Source of the DNA: Candidatus Saccharimonadota bacterium
Lineage (GTDB): Bacteria; Patescibacteriota; Saccharimonadia; Saccharimonadales; JAQGHD01
NCBI GenBank assembly: GCA_028288965.1
Contig: JAQGHD010000008.1
Span: forward strand, 22,390-86,389
Direction of reading: 5' to 3'
Length of the DNA stretch: 64,000 nt
In this document: positions 19,856 to 29,541 of the stretch, in pieces
Layout of the letters: the number at the start of each line of letters is the position of its first letter
Numbering within the stretch: position 1 is the first letter of the stretch
The notes under the pieces: generated by a model
The model's input: the letters and a program-made list of their open reading frames with translations, nothing else
Database searches by the model: none
Told to the model about the DNA's origin: nothing
Program-made: the position numbers and the translations under genes

Positions 19856-20818
19856 ATGATTTTTGACTCACTTCCCAGGCCTTTTTTTGTGCTGGCCCCC
19901 ATGGATGATGTGACCGATACGGTGTTTCGGCAAGTGGTGGGGAAGTGCGCACCGCCAGATTTGTACTTTACGGAGTTTGTGAACGTGGACGGCTTGCAAA
20001 GCCCGGGCAGGGAAAAGTTATTGCCTAAACTGCGCTTTAGTGAGCACGAGCGGCCGATTATTGCTCAGCTGTGGGGCAAGGTACCGGCTAATTTTGAAAA
20101 AACAGCTAGGGAAGTGGCCGAGATGGGCTTTGATGGTATTGACCTTAACTTTGGTTGTCCGGAAAAAACAGTTATCAAAAACGGTTGTTGCATTGCGCTG
20201 GTGGACAATAGGGGACTGGCAGGGGAGATTATAGAGGCTACGCGGCGTGGTGCCGGTTCCCTACCGCTCAGCATTAAAACCAGGCTGGGGCTCAAAACAG
20301 TTGATTACAGCTGGCATGAGTTTTTATTACAATTTAAACTTAACGCGTTAACTATTCATGGCCGGACGGCCAAGCAAATGAGTAAAGTTCCAGCTGATTG
20401 GAACGCCATTAGCCATATTGCTGGCTTGCGCACTTCCCTGTCCCCCGCCACTAAAATTATTGGTAACGGCGATGTTATGAATCGTCACCACGGCGAGGAA
20501 CTGGCGGCCAAGCACAAATTAGACGGCATTATGATTGGCCGCGGTCTGCTGGATGATCCATTTGCATTTGTCGACACCAGCCCGTGGAGCACCTGGACAA
20601 AAGAGCAAAAAATTGCCTTATACCGTAAGCACGTACAGCTGTTTGCCGCCACCTGGCGACATAACGAGCGCAAGATATATACGCTCAATAAGTTCTGCAA
20701 AATCTATGTCAGCGGCTTTGACGGTGCCAAAGAACTGCGGGAACAGCTTATGCGGGCTAACTCAGCTGAACAGTTATTGCAACTTCTGGATACTGCTGAT
20801 AGTCCGGTTGCAGTCTAA
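19856..20818 (+). CDS. dus: tRNA-dihydrouridine synthase
   Basis: FVLAPMDDVTDTVFRQ, IDLNFGCP, LTIHGRT. Confidence 0.85.
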   Translation: MIFDSLPRPFFVLAPMDDVTDTVFRQVVGKCAPPDLYFTEFVNVDGLQSPGREKLLPKLRFSEHERPIIAQLWGKVPANFEKTAREVAEMGFDGIDLNFGCPEKTVIKNGCCIALVDNRGLAGEIIEATRRGAGSLPLSIKTRLGLKTVDYSWHEFLLQFKLNALTIHGRTAKQMSKVPADWNAISHIAGLRTSLSPATKIIGNGDVMNRHHGEELAAKHKLDGIMIGRGLLDDPFAFVDTSPWSTWTKEQKIALYRKHVQLFAATWRHNERKIYTLNKFCKIYVSGFDGAKELREQLMRANSAEQLLQLLDTADSPVAV

Positions 20819-21135
20819 GCGCGGACAAAGCGCTCACCCCAAGCCGCCATCTTCTGCAAGATACCTTGCAGCTCTTGGCCATGAGACGTGAGATGGTATT
20901 TGTACCGAGGTGGATGTACGCAGTACATGTCGCGGGCTATAATCTGTTGCTGCTCTAATCGGGTTAAGCGTTGGCTGAGGGTTCGCGGGCTAATGCCCAC
21001 TAAGGAGATTTCCAGCTCACTAAAGGTGGCGGGCTGGTCAGTCAAATCGCGCAAAATCAGGGGAGTCCACTTGTCACCTAGCACGTCAAGTGTGGCCTGT
21101 AGGCAGCCCGGGCGTTTTTCAATTTGCGTACTCAT
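20815..21135 (-). CDS. HxlR-family transcriptional regulator
   Basis: LDVLGDKWTPLILRDL...FSELE..L.GISPRTLSQRL..LE...II.R..Y...PPRYKYHLT. Confidence 0.8.
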   Translation of the reverse strand: MSTQIEKRPGCLQATLDVLGDKWTPLILRDLTDQPATFSELEISLVGISPRTLSQRLTRLEQQQIIARDMYCVHPPRYKYHLTSHGQELQGILQKMAAWGERFVRA

Positions 21136-21241
21136 AGTTTAGTATTATAAATCAAAAAGCGACTTTACAAAATATAGCAAGTAACTATACTATGTAAAGT
21201 GACAACTTAAAGTCAACTTATAACATGCCAAGGAGTTACTC

Positions 21242-21814
21242 ATGCCTATTAAAATTGCCGTTATCACCAGCACCAACCGCCCTACCCGTGTGGGTCCCAA
21301 AATTGCCGATTGGCTGATGGCCCAGCTACCCAAGTCCAAGGAAGTTACTTACCAGCTGATCGATATTGCTAAAGAGGATTTGCCATGGCTCGATGAACCG
21401 AATTTGCCAGCTATGGGAAATTACCAAAATGAGCACACCAAAAAGTGGGGAGCTAAGGTTGCCGGCTATGATGGCTTTATTTGGGTGGTGGCCGAGTATA
21501 ACTACGGTTACCCAGCACCCCTCAAGAACGCTATAGATATGCTGTACCATGAATGGTCCAAAAAGCCGGTAGCTTTTGTTGGCTACGGCAGCCTGGGCGC
21601 CGCTCGCTCGGTAATGCAGCTGGTTACGGTAGCGGCGCAGTTACAGATGGTAGCCCTGGCTGCCAGCAGCAACTCCCTCCGTATCATTGATGCCCACGGG
21701 GCGCTAGAGGAAAACGGCCAGGTCAAAGAAGGCCACCTGCGTGGCAATATAGAGCACATGGCTACTGAGCTCATTTGGTGGGCCAAAGCCCTCAAGACCG
21801 CTCGCGAACAATAA
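21242..21814 (+). CDS. NADPH-dependent FMN reductase family protein
   Basis: IAVITSTNRPTRVGPKIADW and VVAEYNYGYPAPLKNAID blocks. Divergent from hxlR. Confidence 0.75.
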   Translation: MPIKIAVITSTNRPTRVGPKIADWLMAQLPKSKEVTYQLIDIAKEDLPWLDEPNLPAMGNYQNEHTKKWGAKVAGYDGFIWVVAEYNYGYPAPLKNAIDMLYHEWSKKPVAFVGYGSLGAARSVMQLVTVAAQLQMVALAASSNSLRIIDAHGALEENGQVKEGHLRGNIEHMATELIWWAKALKTAREQ

Positions 21815-21864
21815 AGCCCTGAGTGCACCTTTGCATAAGCACTTTTAGTGCTATGATAAATTAA

Positions 21865-23217
21865 ATGGAAAACTCAGACAAAAATCAGCCAATAGCTGAT
21901 AAAACAGAAGTCCACGTTCATGAACATCAGGCTCCAAAACAATTTTGGCGCAAACGAAACCTTATTATTGGCGCCGGTTGTTTAGTGGTAATCGTGCTGG
22001 GCCTGGCGTTTGTTCTCACAAATAAATCAAGCAAGCCAACTAACCAGCAATCCTACAATCAGAATACTCAACAAAGTACCCAGCCGCCGCCCCAAGTCAA
22101 TTCGGTTACCGATTGGGCTAGCCCAGATGTATATACGCAATTACCCGAGTGTAATGGCCAGCAACTGCTCAGTGCTATGCCGCTCGACGATGGTACGAAC
22201 TACGATTTTATTCCGCTGGGGCTTATAAATGCTACCGGCGGGCACGCCCAGCCCAGCGATCATCCCTATTTTGATTTTGTTGGTGTTGATAAAGTTATGA
22301 ATGTTCGCGCTCCTGGCAACGTGACCATCACCAAGATCCGCAGAATCTCTCGCGTAGTTAAGGGCGTGAGTAGTGAGGATACAAGCATCTACTTTATGCC
22401 GTGCAAGCAAGTTGGTTTTTACTTTAATCATGTGCACCTAGGCGATGTGCTTAATAAAGCCTTTCCAGCAAGTACCACGAGCGATCAATTGCATAACTGC
22501 CAGACGTCCACTCCTCCAGGCGAGACAGTTACTGATTGTTACGAACTAGCCGGTTCGACTGTTAAGGTAAAAACCGGGGACATTCTGGCAACGGTACACA
22601 TAAGCGCCCAGCAGCGCGGCTGGGATTTTGGTGGACTTGATGCCCGGGCCAAGCCTTTGGCGTTTGCTAATCCTAAGCGCTATTCAGGCGACAATTTTCA
22701 TGGCTTAACACCGTTGCAAGCTATTTGTCCAATAGATTATTTCCCGAGCGCCATTAAGGAGCAAGCCTTTAGCAAACCAGGTTTCAGCAAGCGCCCCAGC
22801 AGTTCACGTTGTGGTGAAATCAATCAAGATAAAGCTGGCAGCATACAGGGCAACTGGTATGCCGATAGTAGCGGTGGCTATGTTGGCGATTGGGCTAAGT
22901 TACTCAGCATCGTGCACTACAACTTAGATCCATCTGTTGCCTTGCTATCGGCTGGCGGGGGCTTGGGCCAAGGTGGCATTCTGGCGTGGGGCCCAACTAG
23001 CAGTACCATTGACCCGGAGCCTAGCCAAACGACTGTGGGGACCCTCTATTGCGTCATGACCAATGCCGGCGATGGTCGCAGATCTGATCATAACTATGCT
23101 ACTAACCATCACATTTTATTGCAGCTGACTGACGCCACCACCATGAAAGCCGAATACAAAACCGGCAGCTGCACCAGTAGCGAACAGTTTGTAAGCCCTA
23201 TTTTGTATTACCGTTAG
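21865..23217 (+). CDS. TM-anchored extracytoplasmic protein (450 aa)
   Basis: N-terminal TM LIIGAGCLVVIVLGLAFVL. No motif recognised. Confidence 0.5.
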   Translation: MENSDKNQPIADKTEVHVHEHQAPKQFWRKRNLIIGAGCLVVIVLGLAFVLTNKSSKPTNQQSYNQNTQQSTQPPPQVNSVTDWASPDVYTQLPECNGQQLLSAMPLDDGTNYDFIPLGLINATGGHAQPSDHPYFDFVGVDKVMNVRAPGNVTITKIRRISRVVKGVSSEDTSIYFMPCKQVGFYFNHVHLGDVLNKAFPASTTSDQLHNCQTSTPPGETVTDCYELAGSTVKVKTGDILATVHISAQQRGWDFGGLDARAKPLAFANPKRYSGDNFHGLTPLQAICPIDYFPSAIKEQAFSKPGFSKRPSSSRCGEINQDKAGSIQGNWYADSSGGYVGDWAKLLSIVHYNLDPSVALLSAGGGLGQGGILAWGPTSSTIDPEPSQTTVGTLYCVMTNAGDGRRSDHNYATNHHILLQLTDATTMKAEYKTGSCTSSEQFVSPILYYR

Positions 23218-23219
23218 CC

Positions 23220-23828
23220 CTAATCCCTGGTTTGGGGGTGGCGGATGCCGAAACGATTTCGAAGATAATCTAGCCGCTCAGTGAAGGCCTGGGCCAAATC
23301 AAAGTCATATTGATTTGACTGAAAATCAGCGCTTATAAGTAGCATGCCCGCGCACGCACCAATGTGCTCTTTTCGATCCAACCGTGCCTGCTCGTTGGTA
23401 CTAGCGTGACCAAATTCGTGTAAATTATGCGCTAAGTTTCGGGTGGCTTCTGCAAAGGCGGCGGTTGGCCATGGCAACGAACCCAGTCGAGTGGCAACGC
23501 CCCGTATCATTACTCTTGGTGCCACCTCATCTTTAAATGGTAGGTCGGCTGGCGCTAGACCTATCCAACGGCCCAGGCGTAGAGCGTACTGAACTGAATC
23601 TGGCGCAATGTCGGACCGTACAATATCGGCGTTATTAAAATCTTTACCTACTAAAGTTCTTACCAAATGGGTGAGCACGTGGTGGGCATTAGCCTCAAAA
23701 CCATTGGACTCTTGCTCCCAAGCACCTTGCACCACGTCAAAGGTATTTAATTGTTGATTACAAATTTCTAATTGTGCAGACGTAAACATAGGTACATAGT
23801 AATGCGGCCTCAGTATACTCGCAAGCAT
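23220..23828 (-). CDS. hypothetical protein (start possibly 23789)
   Basis: ORF only. His-rich helices (AHHVLTHLV, HNLHEFGH) may indicate an all-alpha NTP-PPase or HD-like fold. Speculative. Confidence 0.4.
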   Translation of the reverse strand: MLASILRPHYYVPMFTSAQLEICNQQLNTFDVVQGAWEQESNGFEANAHHVLTHLVRTLVGKDFNNADIVRSDIAPDSVQYALRLGRWIGLAPADLPFKDEVAPRVMIRGVATRLGSLPWPTAAFAEATRNLAHNLHEFGHASTNEQARLDRKEHIGACAGMLLISADFQSNQYDFDLAQAFTERLDYLRNRFGIRHPQTRD

Positions 23829-23877
23829 GAGCGGGTAACTTATGCTTTACCCAATGCTATAATAGCCATTAGCCAAC

Positions 23878-24651
23878 ATGAATCCTCAAAATCAAACAAA
23901 TGATCAACCGGCAGTGGTTGCCGATTTTTCGGCGGACAGTGGTGTGCCGGCTGGGAATACCGGTCCGCAACTTTTTGTTTCCTCCTCGCAAGCCTCTGAA
24001 AGCAAAGGCAATAAAGGCAAGCGATTATTCATCATCGGCCTAGTTGTGCTAATTGTTGCTGGAATTGGCGGTGGATTTTGGCTGACCCATAAGAAAGCTC
24101 CGACAAAAAGTGCCACCAAAACCACGCCAACCAGCAAGGCGAGTACGCCTCCAGTTACTGCCCAAGCTGCACCCGCAGTGGATCCATATGCCAGCTGGAA
24201 AAGTTACAGTAACGCGCTAGGAAAATTTTCATTAAAGTATCCAAGCAGTTGGCTAATCGTTGGGTGTTTTGGCGAGCCACCGGAATCATCTATAAAAATT
24301 TCACTCGCAGATTCCAAAGATTATCTCGGTGTTTGCCCAGACTTTAAAAATAAACCAGAGCAAATCTCTATTGGCTATGGCACTGTAAATAATCCAGCAA
24401 GCGACACACCAATTCCTGGTATTGAAGTGTCCACGGCAACCGTCGGCGGCAAAACAGCCAAAAAATTGGTTTCAACCTATACCACATCGCAGGCTAACAG
24501 GGCGGTTAAAAACATTAATTATCTGGTCAGAATAAATACTACCAACTACACATTTAGCTACACTGTCTACAAAGATTCTGCTGGCAAGTTGCTCGATGCC
24601 AATTTCAACGATTTTACGGCCATGGTAGAAAAAACCGTCAAGTTTCAGTAA
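23878..24651 (+). CDS. TM-anchored secreted-domain protein
   Basis: TM LFIIGLVVLIVAGIGGGFWL. The C-terminal domain starting AVDPYASWKSYSNALGKFSLKYPSSW is paralogous to the C-domain of pilin 31057-31743. Confidence 0.5.
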   Translation: MNPQNQTNDQPAVVADFSADSGVPAGNTGPQLFVSSSQASESKGNKGKRLFIIGLVVLIVAGIGGGFWLTHKKAPTKSATKTTPTSKASTPPVTAQAAPAVDPYASWKSYSNALGKFSLKYPSSWLIVGCFGEPPESSIKISLADSKDYLGVCPDFKNKPEQISIGYGTVNNPASDTPIPGIEVSTATVGGKTAKKLVSTYTTSQANRAVKNINYLVRINTTNYTFSYTVYKDSAGKLLDANFNDFTAMVEKTVKFQ

Positions 24652-24659
24652 GCGCGTTG

Positions 24660-26312
24660 TTATTTAGCGATAGCTTCTGGTTCGGGGGCAGCGCCCTGCT
24701 CGGCGGTTTCGAAATTGCCTTCCTCAGGAATGACAATGACATCGGCCGCTTGGTCTGGTAAACCGATGTAGGCCACGATTGCAGCCATGGCAACTATGAC
24801 TGCGCCAATGATGACCGAGCGGTGGAAGCCGCTCATCCAGGCGTCTTTGGCAGCAGCAACCAGGCTGTTGCCAACATCACCACCAACTTGTTGGCCAACA
24901 GCCATAGCTCCGGCCAGTGACGAGGCGGCAGTTTGTTTGGCAGCCGCTGGCAAGTTGGCAATGGCACTGGCTATTTTGGAACTGTATTGAGAAGCGAGCA
25001 AGCTCCCCAGCACAGCAATGCCCAAGGCGCCGCCTAGCTCACGGGTGGTATCGTTCATGGCTGAACCCATGCCAGCCCGGTTTTTGGGCACGGCTGACAT
25101 CAGCAGGTCAGTCGTTGGTGACATAGCCAGGCCAATGCCCAGCGCCATGACTACAATTCCAAAGACTAAGTGCAAGTAGGAAGAAGCTATACCAACCGTT
25201 GAGATAATTAAGATACCCAGGGCAATGGTTAACATACCAGCCGAGACTACCCGTCGCTTGCCAAAGCGGTTAGCCAGGGGCGTGGAGAGAGGTGCCGCTA
25301 CGGTCAAGGTGGCTGCCACCGGCAATAAACGGACTGACGAAGACAGCGGTGAATAGCCATGAATAAGTTGCAGAAATAGTGAAAAGCTAAAGAACATGCC
25401 TTGCAGGGCAAAGAACACCAGTGTTAAAGATAGGGCGCTAACGCCAAAGGCTGGCCGCTTAAACAGACGGACATCGAGCATGGGGTGCTTGTTGCGTAGT
25501 TCCCACCAAATAAACAGAGCCAAGATTGCCAAGCCCCCTAGGCCAATGCTCAGCGTATTGCCCGACAGCCAGCCATGTGACGGTGCCTCAATAATGGCAT
25601 AGACCAGCGCCACCAGCCCGGCCGTAGACAGCAATCCACCGAGAGGATCGAGGCTGGAGTGTTCTGGATCAGCCGTACGGGGTATCAACCAGCCACCTAC
25701 TAGTAAGGCAAAGATAATAATTGGAATGTTGGTGGTAAAAGTAGCGTGCCATGAAAAATGCTCCAAAATGAGTCCTGTTAATATTGGCCCAACGGCTACG
25801 CCAATACCGGTGACTCCGGCCCAAATACCGACGGCCTTGGCCCGTTCTTTTGGCGGAAAAACATTAGTCAATATAGATAGCGTAGCTGGCATAATCATGG
25901 CCCCGGCTATGCCCATAACGGCTCTGGCGGCCACCACAGCTCCGGCGCTGGTGGCCATAAAAGCCGCGTAGGCAGATGCCGCGCCAAACAAAAACAGTCC
26001 AGCTTGTAATATGCCCTTGCGCCCAAAGCGGTCGCCAAACGCTCCGGCTGTAAAAAGTAACCCAGCAAATATTAGCGAATAGGCATCCACCATCCACTGC
26101 AGCTGTGAATTTGTGGCATGGAGATCACGGCTTAGTACCGGCAAGGCAACGTTCAGCGAGGTGTTGCCGATCATTACAATTAAAAGGGATAAACAAAGCA
26201 CTGCCAAAATCCACCACCGGCGGCGATGAACCTGCTCGGGTACATAATCTTGCTTTTTAACAACCGTGATCTTGGCTAGTAATCCCATAGAACTCCTTTG
26301 CAAAATGTACAA
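24660..26312 (-). CDS. MFS transporter, DHA2 (EmrB/QacA-like, 14-TM) family
   Basis: About 14 TM. MFS motif A-like GAFGDRFGRKG, motif C-like region, charged C-terminal tail. Confidence 0.85.
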   Translation of the reverse strand: MYILQRSSMGLLAKITVVKKQDYVPEQVHRRRWWILAVLCLSLLIVMIGNTSLNVALPVLSRDLHATNSQLQWMVDAYSLIFAGLLFTAGAFGDRFGRKGILQAGLFLFGAASAYAAFMATSAGAVVAARAVMGIAGAMIMPATLSILTNVFPPKERAKAVGIWAGVTGIGVAVGPILTGLILEHFSWHATFTTNIPIIIFALLVGGWLIPRTADPEHSSLDPLGGLLSTAGLVALVYAIIEAPSHGWLSGNTLSIGLGGLAILALFIWWELRNKHPMLDVRLFKRPAFGVSALSLTLVFFALQGMFFSFSLFLQLIHGYSPLSSSVRLLPVAATLTVAAPLSTPLANRFGKRRVVSAGMLTIALGILIISTVGIASSYLHLVFGIVVMALGIGLAMSPTTDLLMSAVPKNRAGMGSAMNDTTRELGGALGIAVLGSLLASQYSSKIASAIANLPAAAKQTAASSLAGAMAVGQQVGGDVGNSLVAAAKDAWMSGFHRSVIIGAVIVAMAAIVAYIGLPDQAADVIVIPEEGNFETAEQGAAPEPEAIAK

Positions 26313-26323
26313 ATAATAGGCTT

Positions 26324-26388
26324 GATGCTATACTTTAGATAGTTACATGGATATACTATATACACGCTACTATCGAAAGTAAAGCATC
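26324..26388. promoter_or_regulatory. 20-bp imperfect inverted repeat in the MFS/hxlR divergent region (candidate operator)
   Basis: GATGCTATACTTTAGATAGT (26324-26343) versus ACTATCGAAAGTAAAGCATC (26369-26388). 18/20 complementary; ends 2 nt before the hxlR ATG. Confidence 0.4.
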
Positions 26389-26390
26389 GT

Positions 26391-26756
26391 ATGAAAGTTA
26401 TACACAGCCCACAGAAATCAGAGAAAGAAATCCAGGAAATCAAGCTGGCACTGCATATTCTTGGCGATCATTGGTCCGGCCTGATTCTGTTTTGTTTGCT
26501 AGATAATCCACACCGCTTTAGCGACATTGAGGCGTTTGCTACCGGCATTAGCCCACGCACGCTGACCAAGCGGCTGCAGGCGCTGGAGGAATTCGGCCTC
26601 ATTACCAAGCGCCAATATAAAGAGTTTCCGCCACGAACCGAATACCAGGTTACTCCCAAAGCCATTGAGCTAAAAGAATCCCTAATGAGCCTCAAAAAAT
26701 GGGCCAAAAAATATTGCCACGTAGACCAAAGCGACTCTAGCCTACAAGCCCACTAG
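26391..26756 (+). CDS. HxlR-family transcriptional regulator
   Basis: LHILGDHWSGLILFCL...FSDIE....GISPRTLTKRLQALEEFGLITKRQYKEFPPRTEYQVT. Confidence 0.8.
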   Translation: MKVIHSPQKSEKEIQEIKLALHILGDHWSGLILFCLLDNPHRFSDIEAFATGISPRTLTKRLQALEEFGLITKRQYKEFPPRTEYQVTPKAIELKESLMSLKKWAKKYCHVDQSDSSLQAH

Positions 26757-26761
26757 TTAGA

Positions 26762-27256
26762 GTGAATATGCCAAACAAGCTTAACCCTAGTACGCCAATT
26801 ACGGATGATGCCTTTAAGCTCAGTCTGTACCTTAAAGCGGCAGATGGAGTTTTGGAGTGCATTGGCGGGCTTTTACTGCTGTTCATAAAACCCCAGCAAC
26901 TGAATAGCCTGGCCCGGTTGCTGACCGAGCATGAACTATCCACCGACCCCAAAGACTTTATCGCTAATCACATTCTTAAGTCTGCCCACAACCTCACCTC
27001 GGCCTCGCTTATCTTTGGCGCGCTGTATCTGCTTTCGCACGGCGTGCTCAAAATAATCCTGGTGGTTGAGGTGTTACGCCAACGCCTCTGGGCCTATATT
27101 GGTCTGATTGTGACCACCGCGGGATTTATTGTGTATCAACTGTACAGGTTAACCTACAAGCCGACGCTTGGTCTGGTTCTGCTTACCTTATTTGACGGTG
27201 TGGTGATTTATCTAACTCAAAAAGAATACAAAAAACAAAAAAGCCTCCAGCCATAA
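26762..27256 (+). CDS. DUF2127-like membrane protein
   Basis: LKAADGVLECIGGLLLLFI and a following 4-TM pattern typical of this family. Confidence 0.5.
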   Translation: MNMPNKLNPSTPITDDAFKLSLYLKAADGVLECIGGLLLLFIKPQQLNSLARLLTEHELSTDPKDFIANHILKSAHNLTSASLIFGALYLLSHGVLKIILVVEVLRQRLWAYIGLIVTTAGFIVYQLYRLTYKPTLGLVLLTLFDGVVIYLTQKEYKKQKSLQP

Positions 27257-27330
27257 TTGCTGCAAAAAATCTAATAGTTAAACGCTTCTCACCACCTTAT
27301 TATGTTCTTGTAAATTAAGGAGGAGGCATT

Positions 27331-27717
27331 ATGGCACAAGTTGTAAGGGAAGTCCGAGAACGCTCCATCCGAGATGACGATTTAGCAGATGATCCACCGC
27401 CCAGCGCGCGCAGTGAATACACCATGACCGTAGCGGAACGGATAATTTACTACATCGGCGGGGTGATTATGGCGGTTATTGCCTTGCGCATTCTGCTGTC
27501 GCTGATGGGGGCTAATAGGGGTAATGCTTTTGCCAGTTTTATCTATAACGTCAGTTACCCGTTTGTGGCACCGTTCTTTGGGCTATTTAACTACCGTATG
27601 CAGTATGGCGTCAGCCGATTTGAGTTTGAATCTGTCGTGGCCCTGATTGTGTGGGGACTGATCACGGCAGGCGTAGCTCGGCTAGTCACGCTTGGCAGCC
27701 GACGCGGCACGGTGTAA
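27331..27717 (+). CDS. YggT-family-like membrane protein
   Basis: RBS AAGGAGGAGG. ALRILLSLMGANRGNAFASFIYNVSYPFVAPFFGLF...FEFESVVALIVWG resembles the YggT family. Confidence 0.45.
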   Translation: MAQVVREVRERSIRDDDLADDPPPSARSEYTMTVAERIIYYIGGVIMAVIALRILLSLMGANRGNAFASFIYNVSYPFVAPFFGLFNYRMQYGVSRFEFESVVALIVWGLITAGVARLVTLGSRRGTV

Positions 27718-27735
27718 ACACAATCGGAGATAAGT

Positions 27736-28515
27736 TTATATAGCAGTCTCTGCTTCAGCCCTATGGCTTGGTACGTATCCAAAATGAAATTGAATGTTGC
27801 CTATAGGTACCCATGTTCGTTCACGGATAGTCTGAGAGCTATTTGGATATTCCTTGTTTAGCCTTTCACCCTCTTGTTTAACGTGTTCAACTGGTGAGTC
27901 ACGAAGCGGATCTACGACCATACATACAAAATAATTACCATCTTCCTCACCAGGATATTTTACGGCCTCTATGCCTACTACACACGCATTAAACGGGAAA
28001 TTGGCAAAAAGATTGCGGTGTGCTTTTTCCGGCTCTCCCTCTCTGCCAGTAAAATAAAAACAGGCGTGTCTTCCCCCAGAAACTGGCCGACCCGCCAAGA
28101 CTTTACTGAGCAAATTGAGACGTCCGATTAGATTTGTCATTGCTTCTGAAATTGAAGCTATTTCTTCGGGCGGCATATCTTCCGTTAGACTATACCCAAG
28201 TTCCTGTAACTCGTAAAAACCGTCTTGGAATGTTTGTTCAAATTTCCTGATCTTTTTTGAGTCTAGCAGCCCAAGTCTCGTTTCTGTTAAAAAGCTTATC
28301 TCTCCGTTCTCACTCTGTTGCGACGGTGGTATTTCTTGTTCTAGACCAGCCAATTCAAAATCTGCAATATCAAAAATTATGTTCGTTTGTTGCACAATTT
28401 CATCAACGTAAGGCCGGGCTGCTCTACCAACTTCCTCGCCAACATCGTTCACGAATCGTTCAATAGCTTCCTGGTTTTCTGGGCCAACTACCATCATCCA
28501 CTCCTTTAGCAACAT
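27736..28515 (-). CDS. hypothetical protein (259 aa), low-GC island
   Basis: ORF only; acidic. No motif recognised. Confidence 0.5.
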   Translation of the reverse strand: MLLKEWMMVVGPENQEAIERFVNDVGEEVGRAARPYVDEIVQQTNIIFDIADFELAGLEQEIPPSQQSENGEISFLTETRLGLLDSKKIRKFEQTFQDGFYELQELGYSLTEDMPPEEIASISEAMTNLIGRLNLLSKVLAGRPVSGGRHACFYFTGREGEPEKAHRNLFANFPFNACVVGIEAVKYPGEEDGNYFVCMVVDPLRDSPVEHVKQEGERLNKEYPNSSQTIRERTWVPIGNIQFHFGYVPSHRAEAETAI

Positions 28516-28558
28516 AAAAGTAACATCAAATTATTATTACTGCAAGAATTGGCAAAAT

Positions 28559-28584
28559 AAAAAAGACCTCCTTGTACAGAGGTC
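28559..28584 (-). terminator. intrinsic terminator following repeat copy E1
   Basis: Minus-strand GACCTC-tgtacaag-GAGGTC followed by TTTTTT. Confidence 0.55.
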
Positions 28585-28595
28585 AAACATCATGG

Positions 28596-28620
28596 TAGCC
28601 CAAATGCATTCGAGCTGGGA
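28596..28620 (-). repeat. island repeat copy E1 (core)
   Basis: Plus-strand tagcccaaatgcattcgagctggga. Matches the core consensus TAGCCCAARTACATTCGARYTGGAAC. Confidence 0.7.
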
Positions 28621-28811
28621 TCTAATCGGTACTGATTTAATTCGTCGCCAAAGAAAAAAGGCCCAAAACGATGAGAGCCATACTGTTAAAGTTTTTAGAA
28701 ACTTTCTTTTCAGAAGAACGACGAGCTACAAGCATTAACAATGCTAATAGGGATAGAGGGAACCACATTACGTCAATTATATACTCTTTGGGACCTAGTC
28801 TAATGGGTAGT

Positions 28812-28840
28812 AAAAAAAGAGCCGTCCCGATCGACGACTC
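28812..28840 (-). terminator. intrinsic terminator of gene 28893-29372
   Basis: Minus-strand GAGTCGTC-gatcgg-GACGGCTC followed by TTTTTTT. Confidence 0.6.
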
Positions 28841-28892
28841 TTTTGACCTCACTGTCTCTTACCTATTGCCAGTCTGGGGCAGAGTGCTCTAG

Positions 28893-29372
28893 TTAGTTCC
28901 CCTGTCTGTGGCCGGAACCACCAGAGACGTAACGCAGGTAGTCAGTGGGTATATTATTGTCCTTGGCCCACGTTGCCAATTCGGTTTGCCTGGTCTGCAT
29001 GGCGGCCTGGCGTTCGGCAGCTGACTTAGTCTGCGCGGCACCACGGTTAGCTGCACGTTGCGTCTTTAGCTCAGCTCGCTTGGCCAGAATCTTTGACTTC
29101 TGGTCGGCCGTTAGTTTGCCGTCTGTCACAGCTTTACTCAGATCGGTTTCGGCCTGGGCATCCATAGCGGCTTGGTGATCGGTTCGGTTCTGATCAAAGA
29201 CGGCTTTGACGTCGTTCTTATTCAGGTTGAACTTGGCAGCAATCTTATCGACTAAACTGCTTGATCCGCCAGTAGTGCTGCTGGCAGCCGAGACGCTGGC
29301 GGCTCCCGCCAGTGATGCCAGGGCGACGGCGGAAGTTACTCCGACAATAAGTAATGGTTTTCTAATCTTCAT
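28893..29372 (-). CDS. secreted helical protein (159 aa)
   Basis: Signal peptide LLIVGVTSAVALASLAGAASVSAAS. RBS AAGGAGAA. Confidence 0.5.
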   Translation of the reverse strand: MKIRKPLLIVGVTSAVALASLAGAASVSAASSTTGGSSSLVDKIAAKFNLNKNDVKAVFDQNRTDHQAAMDAQAETDLSKAVTDGKLTADQKSKILAKRAELKTQRAANRGAAQTKSAAERQAAMQTRQTELATWAKDNNIPTDYLRYVSGGSGHRQGN

Positions 29373-29508
29373 AATTTCTCCTTGTTTAACGTAAATATTA
29401 GTTGCGCGCTGGTAGCTACCTATAGCAACCGATCTACCTTAACCCACTGATATGAGAATTATCTGAAGACACCAAAACAAATGTTTGCAATGGGGGTTAG
29501 TGCTAGAA

Positions 29509-29529
29509 AGCCCAAGTACATTCGAACTG
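29509..29529 (-). repeat. island repeat copy E2 (core, most degenerate)
   Basis: agcccaagtacattcgaactg, immediately after the stop of gene 29542-30210. Confidence 0.6.
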
Positions 29530-29541
29530 CAGTCTCATCAG

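Noticed and set aside
24787-26097. Several 67-81-aa ORFs on both strands within the MFS transporter gene
   Set aside because: They are embedded in a 550-aa ORF with clear 14-TM MFS architecture, and they are short, unsupported shadow frames.
28637-28892. ORFs 28637-28852 (-) and 28671-28892 (+) in the 28516-28892 spacer
   Set aside because: They overlap each other. The minus-strand one begins inside the terminator hairpin of gene 28893-29372 (28812-28840), and neither has a convincing SD. A shorter internal start (MWFPLSLL...) cannot be excluded but is unsupported.
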